In this document: piece after piece, positions 24,624 to 38,729 of the stretch
Layout of the letters: the number at the start of each line of letters is the position of its first letter
Position numbering within the stretch: position 1 is the stretch's first letter
DNA from: Octopus sinensis
Lineage: Eukaryota
Direction: 5' to 3'
Assembly (NCBI RefSeq): GCF_006345805.1
Contig: NC_043005.1
Span: 55,738,001-55,802,000 of the forward strand
Length of the DNA stretch: 64,000 nt
Program-made: the position numbers and the translations under genes
Notes under the pieces: generated by a model
The model's database searches: none
What the model was told of the DNA's origin: nothing
What the model saw: only the letters and a program-made list of their open reading frames with translations

Positions 24624-27174
24624 TGGGTGTATGCAAATGTGTGTTTCTGTACTTGTTCCCTACCATCAATGTCAGGGTGTTTGCATTCCTGTAACTTGGC
24701 AATCTGACAAAAGAGACCAGGCTTATAAAAAAGAAATTAGTATTGGAGCCGACTCATTCAACTTAACCTTCTTCAAGGCAGTGCCCCAGCATGGCCACAC
24801 TCTAATGACTGAAACAAGTGAAAGAAGATAAAAAAAAGGCATGTGTGCAAAGTTAATTAATTGATTAGTATTGAAATGTTTTTGGTAATTAATGGAATAA
24901 TATTGGAATATGTGAGAGAGTTAATAGATAAATATTAAAATATGTGTGACCGGGAGTTAATTAAGAGACTGATACTGAAATATGAGTTAATTAATGGAAT
25001 AGTGTGGAAGCAGAAGAGAGTTAATTAATTGATTGTTAATGATATTTTAGAGTTAATTAATATACTTTTCTACTTTAGGTACGAAATTTTGGGGGAGGGG
25101 TCCAGTCGATTAGATTGACCCCATGATGCAACTGGTACTTAATTTATTGACCCCCAAAAGGATGAAAGGCAAAGCTGACCTCGGTGGAATTTGAACTCAG
25201 AGAGTTAATTAATATAAACTTTAAAATGTGTGAACTTATCCCAAAATGTATTACATCAGACTCATCTTAGAAAGAGCACAGGTGGACTTATCCAAATGAA
25301 CATTATGAAACTACATCAGTTATAACAATGTGGTTTCCAGTAGATCCGATCAACAAGAACAGCCTGCTCACGACAGATATGCATACCCTCAACATAGTTC
25401 TCAGGGAGATTCAGTGTGACACAGGATCTGATAAGGCTGGCCCTTTGAAATACATGTACTATGCATTATTGCCAGCTGAATGGAACGGGGCAGCATGAAA
25501 TAAAGTGTCTTGCTCAAGGACACAACAAATCACTGGGTATCAAACTCACAACCCTAGGATCATGAACTATGTACCTCTAACCACTAAACCACACACATTC
25601 ACAGTGAACATTATATTAGCAGACTTATCTCACAAAGCTTTGCAACCAATCATTTTTTGTGGTGAATCCATTTACCTATTTTTTACAGATTTTGATGTTG
25701 TTGTTTAGACACCCAGTGATAATCCTCCACCTCGTCATCATCATCATCATCATCATCATCACCATCATCATCACTGCCACTTAACCACCACCACCACCAC
25801 CACCACCATCACACAAGTGCAATGGACCTCTGGGTGTGTGTATGTGGAGGCACATGGCCTTGTGATTAGAGCAGCAGACTTGTTAAGGGATCATGGTTTC
25901 CAATATCAGACAGGGTGATGTGTGTGTTTATGAGCAAAACACCCCATCTTTTATTCAAATATAGTTTATCTCCAACTACATTATGATATTTTTAATAGTG
26001 GTAGTTGTCTTTGGGAGTGAAGTTGATTAAAATAGTATATGTATCATGATTAATGTATATATATATATACACCATTGATAGGCTAGTAACTGCAGTATTC
26101 ATCCTGAGATACCATGTTTTATAGACATGCTGTGTTAAAAATACTCTAAATATTATCTCCATCCAATATTTATTGTATTTATAACACAACACATGCATTA
26201 GAGAAGTTATCTCAGGACAAATACCACAGTACCCGGGTATCAATCATGTATATACATTATGTATAATATACATATGACTATATTTTAATTTATGCTGCCT
26301 GAGTTACGTATATTAAATCTTTATTCAGCCTGGTGTTAATTGTTGTAATTGTTGTGGTTGATGAGGCTCTTCACAATTGCTAGAAATAACAACCAAATTT
26401 CGCTCAGATCATACTCTAATGTCACAAATATAAGGAAAGAATTCATCAAACAATGTAGTCCTTGATATAAAAAAGAGACAGGCTAGAAAGGTCTTAATCA
26501 TGGGTCTATTCAAACGAGGCTGATTTTGGGGTTAAGCAACAACATTAGCCGCATACAGATGTAAAAGTTAACAAATTTACAAATTTACCAAAGATGAAAA
26601 AGAAAAGAAAAGAACAAAGCGGCATTGAAAATAAAAAATGGTTGTAAGATTGTGGAAACTAATTTGCAATACCCTGAGAATCTTACATCAACTCATTTAG
26701 ATATAGAATTTATGTCTTATGACTGTTATTTAATAATGGTGTAGATTTATTATCATTAAAATGTCAGACAAGTGAGTGGTAGTGGTGGTGGTGCAGGGAG
26801 TTCCGAGATGATGCACATCAAAGCTAATGTTGTCCTAACTTGTGTTGACATTGATCAAATTCAATGTGACATGGCGGAAGTTTTAGATGACATTTGTATA
26901 AATCAATATAAATGCAACCGAGGTTAGATATATCATATTTGGATAATCTAAGTTGACATTATATAGATCACAGTCTGAATTATATAATTCCTTAATTCTG
27001 TCTCCTGGTTGTTCTTTTTGTTGTTGTTATGTTATTGTTGCTATTTAACCTTAGGCAGAGTGTGGCAAATCAGAAGAATTCTTAGAGTGACGCGTAAAAA
27101 AATTTGCCTTGCAGCATTTGTTTTGGCTACTTTGCATTCTGAGTTCAAATCCTGCACAAATTATTATTATTATG

Positions 27175-27210
<36 letters not shown>

Positions 27211-27372
27211 GACTTTTGCTTTACATTTGTACAAGTTGGCTCCAAGTCTCACCCAGAGACCTCAAGAGAGAACAAGTTGGAAGTTCATGTTGGTGTTATG
27301 TCAAGGGTGCCATATATTTGGTTTTGTACTTAGTGTTGTACTAGTGAATGTCTATTATTATTATTACTGTCA

Positions 27373-27421
<49 letters not shown>

Positions 27422-27442
27422 TATTATTAATATTATTATTAT

Positions 27443-27925
27443 CGAGTGAGAGAGCAGTTCATGCCATCAAAGTGACACTGGGGTAAAATATACGAAGCCC
27501 AATATACCCATCATGACTACCCGTCTGATAAGGGTACACCAGGCACATGCATCACAACCATATATGCACGACATGGTGATCTCATATCAAGATAAACAGC
27601 ACATGACCTTGCAGGTGGGGCCCAGTTAGAATTTTCTTCAGGTTGAGTAGCCCATCCTGCTCAAAGGGTCCCTGAATAAGAGTTGTTTAAGGATGTTGAA
27701 AGAACCACCCATGTTTCCAGAGGTGAATTATTCAAACCCCAAAGAATCCCTCTCAACACATGGCTATGATGCTCCCCCACTACTTCTGCTCGTGATCAGA
27801 GATGCACATATTGTCAGCCACTAAGGGACATGCTCAACTGGTTAAGGTCAAACAACTGACAAGCAAATCTGTGGTATTGAGCAGAATATTTGCTGTAGCC
27901 CATCTTTTATACCAAGACAAAACAA

Positions 27926-27990
<65 letters not shown>

Positions 27991-28433
27991 CTATAGTAGA
28001 TGTTGCATGATATACAATATCATGAGGTTGTTGACTGAAGATATTGTGTCTACCGGGAGTTTGTACTGTTTGTCAAGTCACAACAAGGACCTCAGACAGA
28101 TAGTACTTTATGCAATATGCGTACAGTTACAAGTAATGCCGACTTTTGCAAGGTGGATTATATAGTCATTGGTGATGTCGCAACTCATTTCTACAGCTGA
28201 GTGAACTGGAGCAACGTGAAATAAAGTATCTTGCTCAAGAACACAACATGCAGCCACTAAGGGACATGCTCAACTGGTTAAGGTCAAACAACTGACAAGC
28301 AAATCTGTGGTATTGAGCAGAATATTTGCTGTAGCCCATCTTTTATACCAAGACAAAACAATGTACATGATAACACTTCCAATCAGTTAAGATCAGAAGC
28401 CATGAGAGCCACTGCCTGGTACTGCATCAGGGC

Positions 28434-28440
<7 letters not shown>
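27443..28440. mobile_element. (TTA)n-flanked interspersed repeat of about 0.6 kb, here with an internal duplicated block
   Basis: 27443-28255 is nearly identical to 33622-34432, then switches back into the element at a CAGCC microhomology. Confidence 0.7.
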
Positions 28441-28496
<56 letters not shown>

Positions 28497-29541
28497 CATC
28501 ATCGTCATTTAATGTCTTTCTTCCATCCTTGCATAGGTTGGACGGATGAAAAGGACACAACAAGCCAGAAGGTTGTGGCCAGTTCCAGTGTCTGCTCTGG
28601 CATGGTTTCTAATGCCAACCATTTTGCAAAGAGTACTGGATGCTTTTTTTTTTTTTTTGGCTCATAGCACTGGCACAAGTGAAGTTATCAAGTAACTTGC
28701 AAGACAAAAATCCTCCTTGACTGAGTGGGGTGGATGTAATAAAGGAAAAGGTGGCTGTATCTCAAAATCTTGTTTACCTTCTGCCTAATTAGCTACAATT
28801 ATTTAACCATTGGCTAAAAAAATAAGAAACTCTACAGATGAAGATTCATTAGAATGTCAGACAAGTCACCTTGCTTTATTTGTTCCAGACCTTTACTTTC
28901 TGAGTTCAAATATGGCCAAGGTCAGCTTTGCTTTCATTCTTTGAGGGCCAATAAAATAGAGTACTTGTCAAGTAATATCAGCAACTATTTCCCCTCTCCC
29001 CAAATTTGTGGGCTGAAACCTCAGCTGGAAATGATTATTTGGCACTGGACCAGCAATGATTGAGCAGGCATGAGATTAAATAGGTTCCAGCTATGACCAT
29101 CCCATCTTTTACTTAAACAATGTATCTGAGACTACCTTTCTGTCTTCTGAATTATAGATTTTTAAAAACAATAGAAATGATATGAAGGAAGTTTGGCTGT
29201 TATTTCTAGCCGGCCAAACAACTGCCTGATTGTTGTTGTTGATGTTGTTGTTGTTAATACTGTTGTTGCATTTGTTATTGTTGTTTAGCTCCAGTTTGAA
29301 CAGGCTTATGAACAAAGACTCTCCTGTTATGACAACCCTTCCTGTTATTTTGTAGATCCAGTACAAGGTTATCCAATGACCCTTTCCTTTTTTAAAGAAG
29401 TTGAGTGTGATTTGAGGGAGCTTTGACTGCAATATCTGGCAGGCTGAGTAACCATGTGAAGAGTGAGTGTCTTCTATTATAGCCTTGGGCCAACCAAAGC
29501 CTTGTGAGTGGATTTGGTAGATAGAAACTAAAACAAGCCTG

Positions 29542-29577
<36 letters not shown>

Positions 29578-32500
29578 ATGTGTATGTGTGTTCGTGTGCC
29601 CATGTTTGTCACCCCACCATCACTTGACAACCAATGCTGATATGTTTACATCCCAGTAACTTAGTGGTTCAACAAAAGAGACTGATAGAATAAGTACTAG
29701 GCTTACAAAGAATAAGTCCTGGGGTCGATTAGCTTGATTAAAGGCGGTGCCCCAGCATGACCACAGTAAAATGACTGAAACAAGTAAAAGAATATATGTA
29801 TGTGCGCGTGCACGCACACACACACACACATGTGATGGGCTTCTTTCAGTTTCTATCTACCAAATCCACTCACAAGGCTTTGGTCAGTCCAAGGCCATAG
29901 CAGAAGGCACTTGCCCAAGGTGCCATGCAGTGGGATTGAACCCAGAACCATGTGGCTGGGAAGCAAACTTCTTACCTCACTGCCAGTGTCTATCTATCTT
30001 GGATATATTCTATTCAGGATAACTGTTAACATATCTTATTTTTTTCTTTCACTTTTGATTGAATTTGTTTATTTTAATCACAAAATCACAGCAAATTACA
30101 ATGTATAAAGAGAAAATGTAGAGAATAAAATATTTATGGTCAAGGGTTGTTGGTAAACCAAAATTAGTAGCAGGATGTCAAGGCACCCTTTGTGGTTTTG
30201 TATATCTGAATAACTAAAACAACAGAATAACTAAAACAAAATAATAATGATAAGCTTGTGAGAAAAATCAATTTACAAAGAAGTGATTTGCATAGGACAA
30301 AAGCTGTAATCTAATTATGAATGAATGCTGTGTATATGATTAACAAGTACAAAGCTAACAGATACTACAGGAGTCAATGGTCTTGTAGGAATTAATAGTT
30401 TCTGTTTGAAAGTGAAGTGCTGTGTTTTAATATGCTATGTTGATGTTTTATTTTTATTACTTGCAACTTTATGAAGGTATTTTTTAAGTGGGTTTATCTT
30501 ATTAGGAATAATACTCAACATGGATTGAAAAAATGCGTGTGTGTGCATGAGTGTGACCTAGTGGTTAGACAATTGGACACATATCCATGAGGTCATTTTT
30601 ATTAGAGTGGCACATTGTGTCTTTGGGTAGGGCACTTTACTTCACATTGTTCCAGTTTGCTTAGCTTGCAAAAAAAAGTAAGTATTACGACTGACAGGGC
30701 CCTTGATTAGCATCAAGTTAATGGTACAGCATCAACAAGTCAGTTAGATCTTTCATGAACCCTTAGACTCATAATGCTGGAGTTTAACCCTTTAGCATCT
30801 AAATCTGTCATATCTGGCCCAAATATTCTATCTGTTTTATGATTTGGCTTTTCACACCTACCTTACCATGTCATTCTAAAAACAAACAAACACTTCATCA
30901 AAATCTCAACGCTATGAGATAATGCATGATTAATTCAAAGCAATGTGAACAAACAAGTATTACCTTTGACAGAGTAATCTAAATGCTTAAGAGTTAACCC
31001 AGTTTCCATGATGAATAGGTGACTGAAGTTACAACACTCTCTCTCCTCTTCCCTGTACAGGATGCTGTTCTGTCACAGGGATGACTTCCCAGCTACTAGA
31101 CTAAACTCATTTGCAGTGAAGTGGAATGGTACAACATGAAATGAAGTGTCTTGTTCAAGAACACAGCACTCTGCCAAGCTTGGGAATCAAAGAAATGACC
31201 TTACAGTTGTGGATGCAACACCTTAACCACTAAGCCACTTACATTGAGTCAGTGGAGTGACCAGTACCTTCAGATAGGAAAAGGGATACATCTACCAGAA
31301 GACTTCTAGATTCTATTGTTCACCACTTCATTCTTGAAATAGATAGCAAGTATTCATGCGTCTTATGAATATTTTTCAGTATAACACAAACAAGGATGTA
31401 GATATTGGATTTCTATCAAAATGGTTGATAGGATATCAGTTGCACTTCTAGTGACATATAACTGGCAGTCCATCTGTTACAACAATGAGGATTCCAGTTG
31501 ATCTGATCGATGGAACAGCCTGCTCATGAAATTAATGTGCATGTGGCTGAGTACTCCACAGACACACACAACCTTAATGTAGTTCTGATGGAGGTTCAGC
31601 ATGACACAGAATGTTCACAAAGCTAGCTCTTTGAATTACAGGTACAACTCACTTTTGTCAGCTAAATGGATTGGAGCAATGACAAATACAGCATTTTGCT
31701 CAAGGACACAGCATACCACCAGGTATCAACTTGCAAACCTATGATCAAGAGCCAAATACTCCAACCACCAAACCATGTGACCTCACATATTTATTTCTTT
31801 ATTGCCCACTGGGGGGTGGGCTAAAGATAGCGGGGACAAACAAGGACAGACAAAGGGATTAAGTCGATTACATCAACCCCAGTGTGTAACTGGTACTTAT
31901 TTAATCGACCTCAAAAAGATGGTAGGCAAAGTCGACCTCAGCAGAATTGGAGCTCAGAACGTAACAGCAGACAAAACACCACTAAGCATTTCGCCCAGTG
32001 TGCTAATGATTCTTATTTCTTTACTGCCCACAAGGGGCTACACACAGAGGGGACAAACAAGGACAGTCAAACAGATTAAGTCGATTATACTGACCCCAGT
32101 GCATAACTGGTACTTATCTAATCGACCCCGAATGAAAGGATGAAAGGCAAAGTCGACCTTGGCAGAATTTGAACTCAGAACATAGCAGCAGATGAAATAC
32201 CACTAAGCATTTCGCCCAGCGTGCTAAAGATTCTGACAGCTCACCGTCTTTGAAGCATTTCGCCTGGTGTGTTCATGATTCTGCCAGCTTGCCACCCTTC
32301 ACAATATCTTTAAAAGGGTATATGTTTGTAATGTCTGTCTAGGCTAACTATTATTATATACTTGCAGAACATTTGTTGCTACGTCTTTATAGGATAGGAC
32401 ATCCATTGCTATGATTATTCAGATATTTCCACTATGTTTGATCTGGATATCAGTTGCTATGACATCTACATACACTATATATATCAATGTTTGTATTGTA

Positions 32501-33450
32501 TATCAACCACTTTTTCTAAACAATCTGAAAGGTAATATATTTTATACAGAAGCATTTCTTCTCAGATTAAAACCACTTTCAAACAAACAATGTTAACATC
32601 AAAGACTTGTCCGTGTGTTGATATTTTTTGTTGTGTTGTGCATACTCTTTACTCTTTTACTCTTTTACTTGTTTCAGCAATTTGACTGTGGCCATGCTGG
32701 AGCACCACCTTTTTTCGAGCAAATCGACCCCAGGACTTATTCTTTGTAAGCCTAGTACTTATTCTATCGGTCTTTTGCCGAACCGCTAAGTAAAAGAAAT
32801 CAATAGAATAAGTACTAGGCTGACAAAGAATAAGTCCTGGGGTCGATTTGCTTGACTAAAGGCAGTGTTCCAGCATGGCCACAGTCAAGTTACTTCTCAA
32901 ATTAAAACCACTTTCAAACAAACAATGCTAACATCAAAGACTTGTCCGTGTGTTGATATTTTTATGTTGTGTTGTGCATACTCTTTACTCTTTTACTTGT
33001 TTCAGTAATTTGACTGATGGTTTCTATCTACCAAATCCACTCACAAGGCTTTGGTTGGCCTGAGACAATAGTAGAAGACACTTGCCCCAAGGTGCCACAC
33101 AGTGGGAATGAACCTGGAACCATGTGGCTGGTAAGCAAGCTACTTACCACACAGCCACACCTGTGCCTATTAATATAGTTATCCACCCAAGCACTATATA
33201 CAATAAACTTCAGTCAGAATCATTGGCAAACTGTATATAATGTTGAACAGCATTTCTTCTGGTTCTTTATAAGCTGAGTTCAAATTCTACTGAGCTCAAC
33301 TTTAACTGTCATCCCTTCAAGGGCTGATAAAATAAGTACCAATCGAGCTCTGAGGTAGATGTAATTGATTTACCAACTCACTTAAATTATGTATCATTGA
33401 TCTTGCAATAAAAGTTGTGAGAATTATTATTACTTTTCTTTTTATCTCAG

Positions 33451-34105
33451 GTTTTGTTGGAATTCCTGGAGTTTTGCATGCATAGCGAGTTTGCTGCCTG
33501 CAGCCTACAGTACCATGCTATCTGTTCTTTTCAACTATTTAATACTTTGCTAATTATTCTGGCTATGCCAAGGAGGCAAACCTTTTATTATTATCATTGT
33601 TATCATTATTATTATTGTTATTGAGTGAGAGAGCAGTTCATGCCATCAAAGTGACACTGGGGTAAAATATACGAAGCCCAATATACCCATCATGACTACC
33701 CGTCTGATAAGGGTACACCAGGCACATGCATCACAACCATATATGGCGGACATGGTGATCTCATATCAAGATAAACAGCACATGACCTTGCAGGTGGGGC
33801 CCAGTTAGAATTTTCTTCAGGTTGAGTAGCCCATCCTGCTCAAAGGGTCCCTGAATAAGAGTTGTTTAAGGATGTTGAAAGAACCACCCATGTTTCCAGA
33901 GGTGAATTATTCAAACCCCAAAGAATCCCTCTCAACACATAGCTATGATGCTCCCCACTACTTCTGCTCGTGATCAGAGATGCACATATTGTCAGCCACT
34001 AAGGGACATGCTCAACTGGTTAAGGTCAAACAACTGACAAGCAAATCTGTGGTATTGAGCAGAATATTTGCTGTAGCCCATCTTTTATACCAAGACAAAA
34101 CAATA

Positions 34106-34143
<38 letters not shown>

Positions 34144-34341
34144 TATTATTATTTATTTTATTATTACTATAGTAGATGTTGCATGATATACAATATCATG
34201 AGGTTGTTGACTGAAGATATTGTGTCTACCGGGAGTTTGTACTGTTTGTCAAGTCACAACAAGGACCTCAGACAGATAGTACTTTATGCAATATGCGTAC
34301 AGTTACAAGTAATGCCGACTTTTGCAAGGTGGATTATATAG
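33451..34341 (+). pseudogene. Antisense exon-like 105-codon frame split by a transposon insertion
   Basis: Strong acceptor ttttcttttttatctcag|. Removing the insertion bounded by TTTTATTATTA (33583-33593 and 34156-34166) restores VLLEFLEFCMHSEF...AMPRRQTFYYYYSRCCMIYNIMRLLTED...LSSHNKDLRQIVLYAICVQLQVMPTFARWII*. Confidence 0.55.
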
Positions 34342-34504
34342 TCATTGGTGATGTCGCAACTCATTTCTACAGCTGAGTGAACTGGAGCAACGTGAAATAA
34401 AGTATCTTGCTCAAGAACACAACATGCAGCCCGGTCCGGGATTCAAACTCACAACTTCATGATCATAAGCTCAACGGTCTAACCACTGAGCCATGCACCT
34501 TCAC

Positions 34505-35107
34505 ACGGTGAAGAACGACCTTCGCTCTTTAGGTCTCACCGAGGAAATGACCAGAGACCGAGACCTTTGGAAGTATGCTGTGCATGAGAAGACCCGACTG
34601 GACAAGTGAGGCCATAACCCATGGCCCCTACCTGGAACGTAGTCAGTGCACCTATGCATACCTTCCTTCTTGGGACACATAACTCTACTTGTGAAGATCT
34701 GTTGAGGCAAGTGAAAATGGACAAAATCAAAAGCAAACTCGATGAACATTAATGGAATTTGTAGTTTTGTGGTACCAGTGCCGGTGGCACATACGAAAAA
34801 ACCATCCAAACGTGGCCTAGCCAGTACCAGTTACCGCATTGACTGGCCTCCGTGCCGGTGGCATGTAAAAACACACCATCCGAGCGTGGCCGTTTGCCAG
34901 CCTCATCTGGCACCTGTGTTGGTGGCACATAAAATCACCCACTACACTCTCGGAGTGGTTGGTGTTAGGAAGGGCATCCAGCTGTAGAAACACTGCCAGA
35001 TCTGACTGGCCTGGTGCAGCCTTCGGGCTTCCCAGACCCCAGTTGAACCGTCCAACCCATGCTAGCATGGAAAGCGGACGTTAAACGATGATGATGATGA
35101 TGATGAT
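34505..35107 (+). mobile_element. RTE-X LINE 3' end
   Basis: Same ORF end (DLRSLGLTEEMTRDRDLWKYAV) and 3' UTR as 21538-22935. Shorter tail copies at about 5545, 7095, 14760, 14885, 18985-19430, 28490, 40700, 49640, 52645-52997 and 59625. Confidence 0.85.
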
Positions 35108-35292
35108 ATATATAACAGGAAGGTTTACGAAAATAAACAAAAGACGAAAGCAGGTGGAGTACAAACAAACAAATGTATTAGTATGCCGCTCAGGAATATA
35201 AATAGAACAAGTCTTTTACGTTTCGAGCCTACGCTCTTCGACAGAAAGATACACAGAAAAAAAACAAGGAGAGAAACAAAGAGAGAAAAAAA

Positions 35293-35330
<38 letters not shown>

Positions 35331-35658
35331 CATCATCATCATTTCATTTAATGTCCAATTTTCCATGCTTGCATGGGTTGGTTGCAGTTTATTTGAGGCA
35401 GATTTTCTGATGCCCTTCCTGTCACCAACTCTTACTTGTTTCCAAGCAGTTTAATATTTCTCAATGACCAGATATGTTCTTACAGAATATTGGAAATGAA
35501 TGACTTTGCTTTTGACAGTAACTCTTATCGACAGTTATCATGTGATATGGCAAGGAGACACATATACATACTTACATACATGCACACATACATTACACAT
35601 ACACACATACATAAGTGTGTATGTAGGTAGGTATTTGTGTGTGTGTGTGTGTGGTGTG

Positions 35659-35689
<31 letters not shown>

Positions 35690-38316
35690 TGTGTGTGTGT
35701 GTGTGTGTGTGCATGTGTGTGTTGATAAATGCTTTAACATGAAACTCTATCTAGTCCATTTAATAACTTCACACATATACATACTTACATACATGCATAC
35801 ATACATTACACATACACGCATACATAAGTGTGTATGTAGGTAGGTATTTGTGTGTGTGTGTGTGCATATGTGTGTTGATAAATGCTTTAACATGAAACTC
35901 TATCTAGTCCATTTAACAACTTTTTAGGCATTCTCAGCTAATAAAAAATATATTATACATTCATACATATCTTTGTGTGTATGAGCATATATGTATATCC
36001 ATTTATGTATACATCATATGCATGCATAGAATATAAATTATTCTTTAGTCAGTGTGACCAAAATGACAAAATACCATATTTCCCTTGTCCATGAAGTTCA
36101 TTCTGAATAATCCTGGGCAGACTCACATATCATATCTGTTAGATGATAATGCACCCAGCTTCTCAATGCTGCTTTACAATGTGAGCACTGTGCAGCACGG
36201 TACTCCACTCTAGGCATACTTTGTTTGATATATTGTAAATTACTGCAGATAAAACAGAATATGTCTATAAACTGCATCAATCAACTCCTAAACAAGCTGC
36301 TTGATAAATCTCCTTCATAAATTATTCAGAACTGCATGGAAACAAAAAGAAAATAAAAGACATCACATATTCACACCAATAGCATGTATAAACATACGCA
36401 CATACACATATAAATGCATGTGCACACACTCACACATATTAGCATGCATATATGATAAGCATGTTACATATTTAACGAAGCTGATTTAATCTTCAATCAG
36501 TCTTCAGACAGCTGTGGTGAACATATTATTTATTATGTTATACCAGTGTTTGTCACTTAGTTTCAAAGCTTCTAAATATATTCATTCAACTTGCAATAAA
36601 TAGCAACCAAACCTCTCTCAAATATCAAACTATCATTTTGTTTTGTTCTGTTTTTTTTTGTTTCGTTTTTTAAGGTGAAGGACTCATTTGATAAACTACA
36701 ATTTGCGTATATATTTTTGATACCTTCCAGCAGATTCAAATACAGATGATAGCTGCTGTTATAAATGTCTTAGAACAACTTCTCCCCTTTACATTGACAG
36801 TAGGTTCATAACACACTCAGCTCGTAGGAGCAAAGGATTCTGGGATACCTGTGTTTCAACATGTGCCTTGTCAGCCTGAAGTACCCACCAGTTCTTTGAG
36901 CCTAAACAATCCACTTGCTTTGTTTGTAATTCTAGCAAACAAACCTGTTTTCTGATTGGTGCTTATATCTATCAACCAATTAGATAACCTGATACTTCAC
37001 AAAAAGCAGGTTGGTCAAGGTCCAAATATCTTTGATCATATATGTTGATAGATTAACAAAGTCTTTAGAACATTGGACTGCATGTCTTACAGTATTCCTT
37101 CTAATCCTATGAGTTCAATTCTCACTGAGGTCAACTTTGAAATTCATCCTTTTGGAGTTGCTTAAATAGTGCAGACAACTGTTAGAGTACAAGATAGGAT
37201 GTCTTACAGGTATCTGGTTCTGGTTCTTTGTCTTTTGACAATGAGGCATGTGATGGCACTAGTACCAAGTTATCCTTTATCTTTTGCTTGTTTCTGTCAT
37301 TAGACTGCAGCCATGCTAGGGCACCCCCTTTTTGGTCAAATGAATCAACCCCAGTAATTATTATTTATTAAGCTTGGTGCTTATTCTATCGATCTCTTTT
37401 GGAAAACCACTGAGCTACAGGGATGTAAACACACCAGCACCTGTTGGTAAGCAGTGATGGGGACAAATACAGACACAAAGACACACACAGATTGATAAAC
37501 ATACATACGTGTGTGTGTGTGTACATGTGCATGTGTGTGTATGTTTTTCCTCCATCATTGGTTGACAACCAATGTTGATATGTTTATATCTATGTAACTT
37601 AGCTGTTTGGGGAACGGAACCAATAGAAGAAGTGCCAAGCTTAAAAAAAGTGTCAATTCATTCAACAAAAATTCTTTAAGTAAAAGATAAAAGTAAAAGA
37701 TAAATGATATATAAAGAGAGAGGAGAGGGGAGAGGGGAAGACAGAAAAAAGCAGGAGTGCTGAAAAGTTTCAGGAGGATCAGTTAATTATGATTTTATTC
37801 AACATATTCCACTCTGATTCACACACTCATTGCAGCGGTCCTTCAGTCTTTCTAAGCCCTGTAAAAGAACTTGGAAGGTTGGACCACCGACCAGGCCCTT
37901 TGCAATACTCTTAAAGCCAGGATCTTTTCAGCACCCCCCTTGTATGCATATATCTGTTGGCATGTGTGTTTGTGTCTCTGTTTCTTGATATTGCATGCCA
38001 AATTCTAAGCAAACAAGACTGGTATACAAATTGTAAATTTGTTTGTAATCTTGTGTGAAAACATGTCAGGTTATTGTAGGTCGCATGTTTGAAGGACTCA
38101 GAGAAATATCACAATGCTTAGAAACTGGTAAAATTTTGTGAAAAGAACATCATCTGGTAGTAGAAAAATTTGACACAAAAAATTGCATCTGATCCGACCA
38201 AATATGGAAAGTGGATGTTAAAACGATGGTGGTGGTGGTGGTGGTGGTGGTGGTAGTGGTGGTTAAATGAAACCAATGAAAAAAATTAAAGAATTTGTAA
38301 AGGTTAAAATACTCAC

Positions 38317-38395
38317 GACCGTTTGAATGGAACCTTGTCATCAAAATCCTTATGAGAAACTTTGATATTGTCCTTCATAGACTGGATAATAGAGC
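38317..38395 (-). CDS. EFHC1: EFHC1 exon, post-DM10 linker (S-SIIQSMKDNIKVSHKDFDDKVPFKR-S)
   Basis: ttttgtcattctag| and TC|GTGAGT. 79 nt, phase 1 to 2, exactly bridging the flanking exon phases. Confidence 0.85.
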
Positions 38396-38729
38396 CTAGA
38401 ATGACAAAAGAAAAGAATCTGACATTTAAGAAGATGAAAGACAAACTGGCTGGATCAACAGAGTAATGGACTATTTGGTGATGGGTGATGGTTGATGGGT
38501 GAATATTTTTGTTCATCTTCACATAAGTTTGGTTGCTTTGGCTATAAGCTAAGAGTATATCTGACCAATAAGCCAAGCTGTAAATATGTATACTATACTT
38601 AGCTCTTGTTTCATGGGATTAAAGGAATGAGAAATTAATATTTCACCTGGAAAGGGTGCCAGTCTATCTCAGGTAACATTAACATTCTCAGTAATCTGAC
38701 ATATATTGCCAATATCCAGCTAAACTCAA

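Noticed and set aside
32391-32529. Open 46-codon plus-strand segment with acceptor and donor
   Set aside because: Its phase does not join the 33451 exon, composition is low-complexity and AT-rich, and it contains a motif that recurs elsewhere in the window.
35558-35920. Tandem duplication of about 210 bp
   Set aside because: Mostly microsatellite-derived slippage product, with no functional signal.
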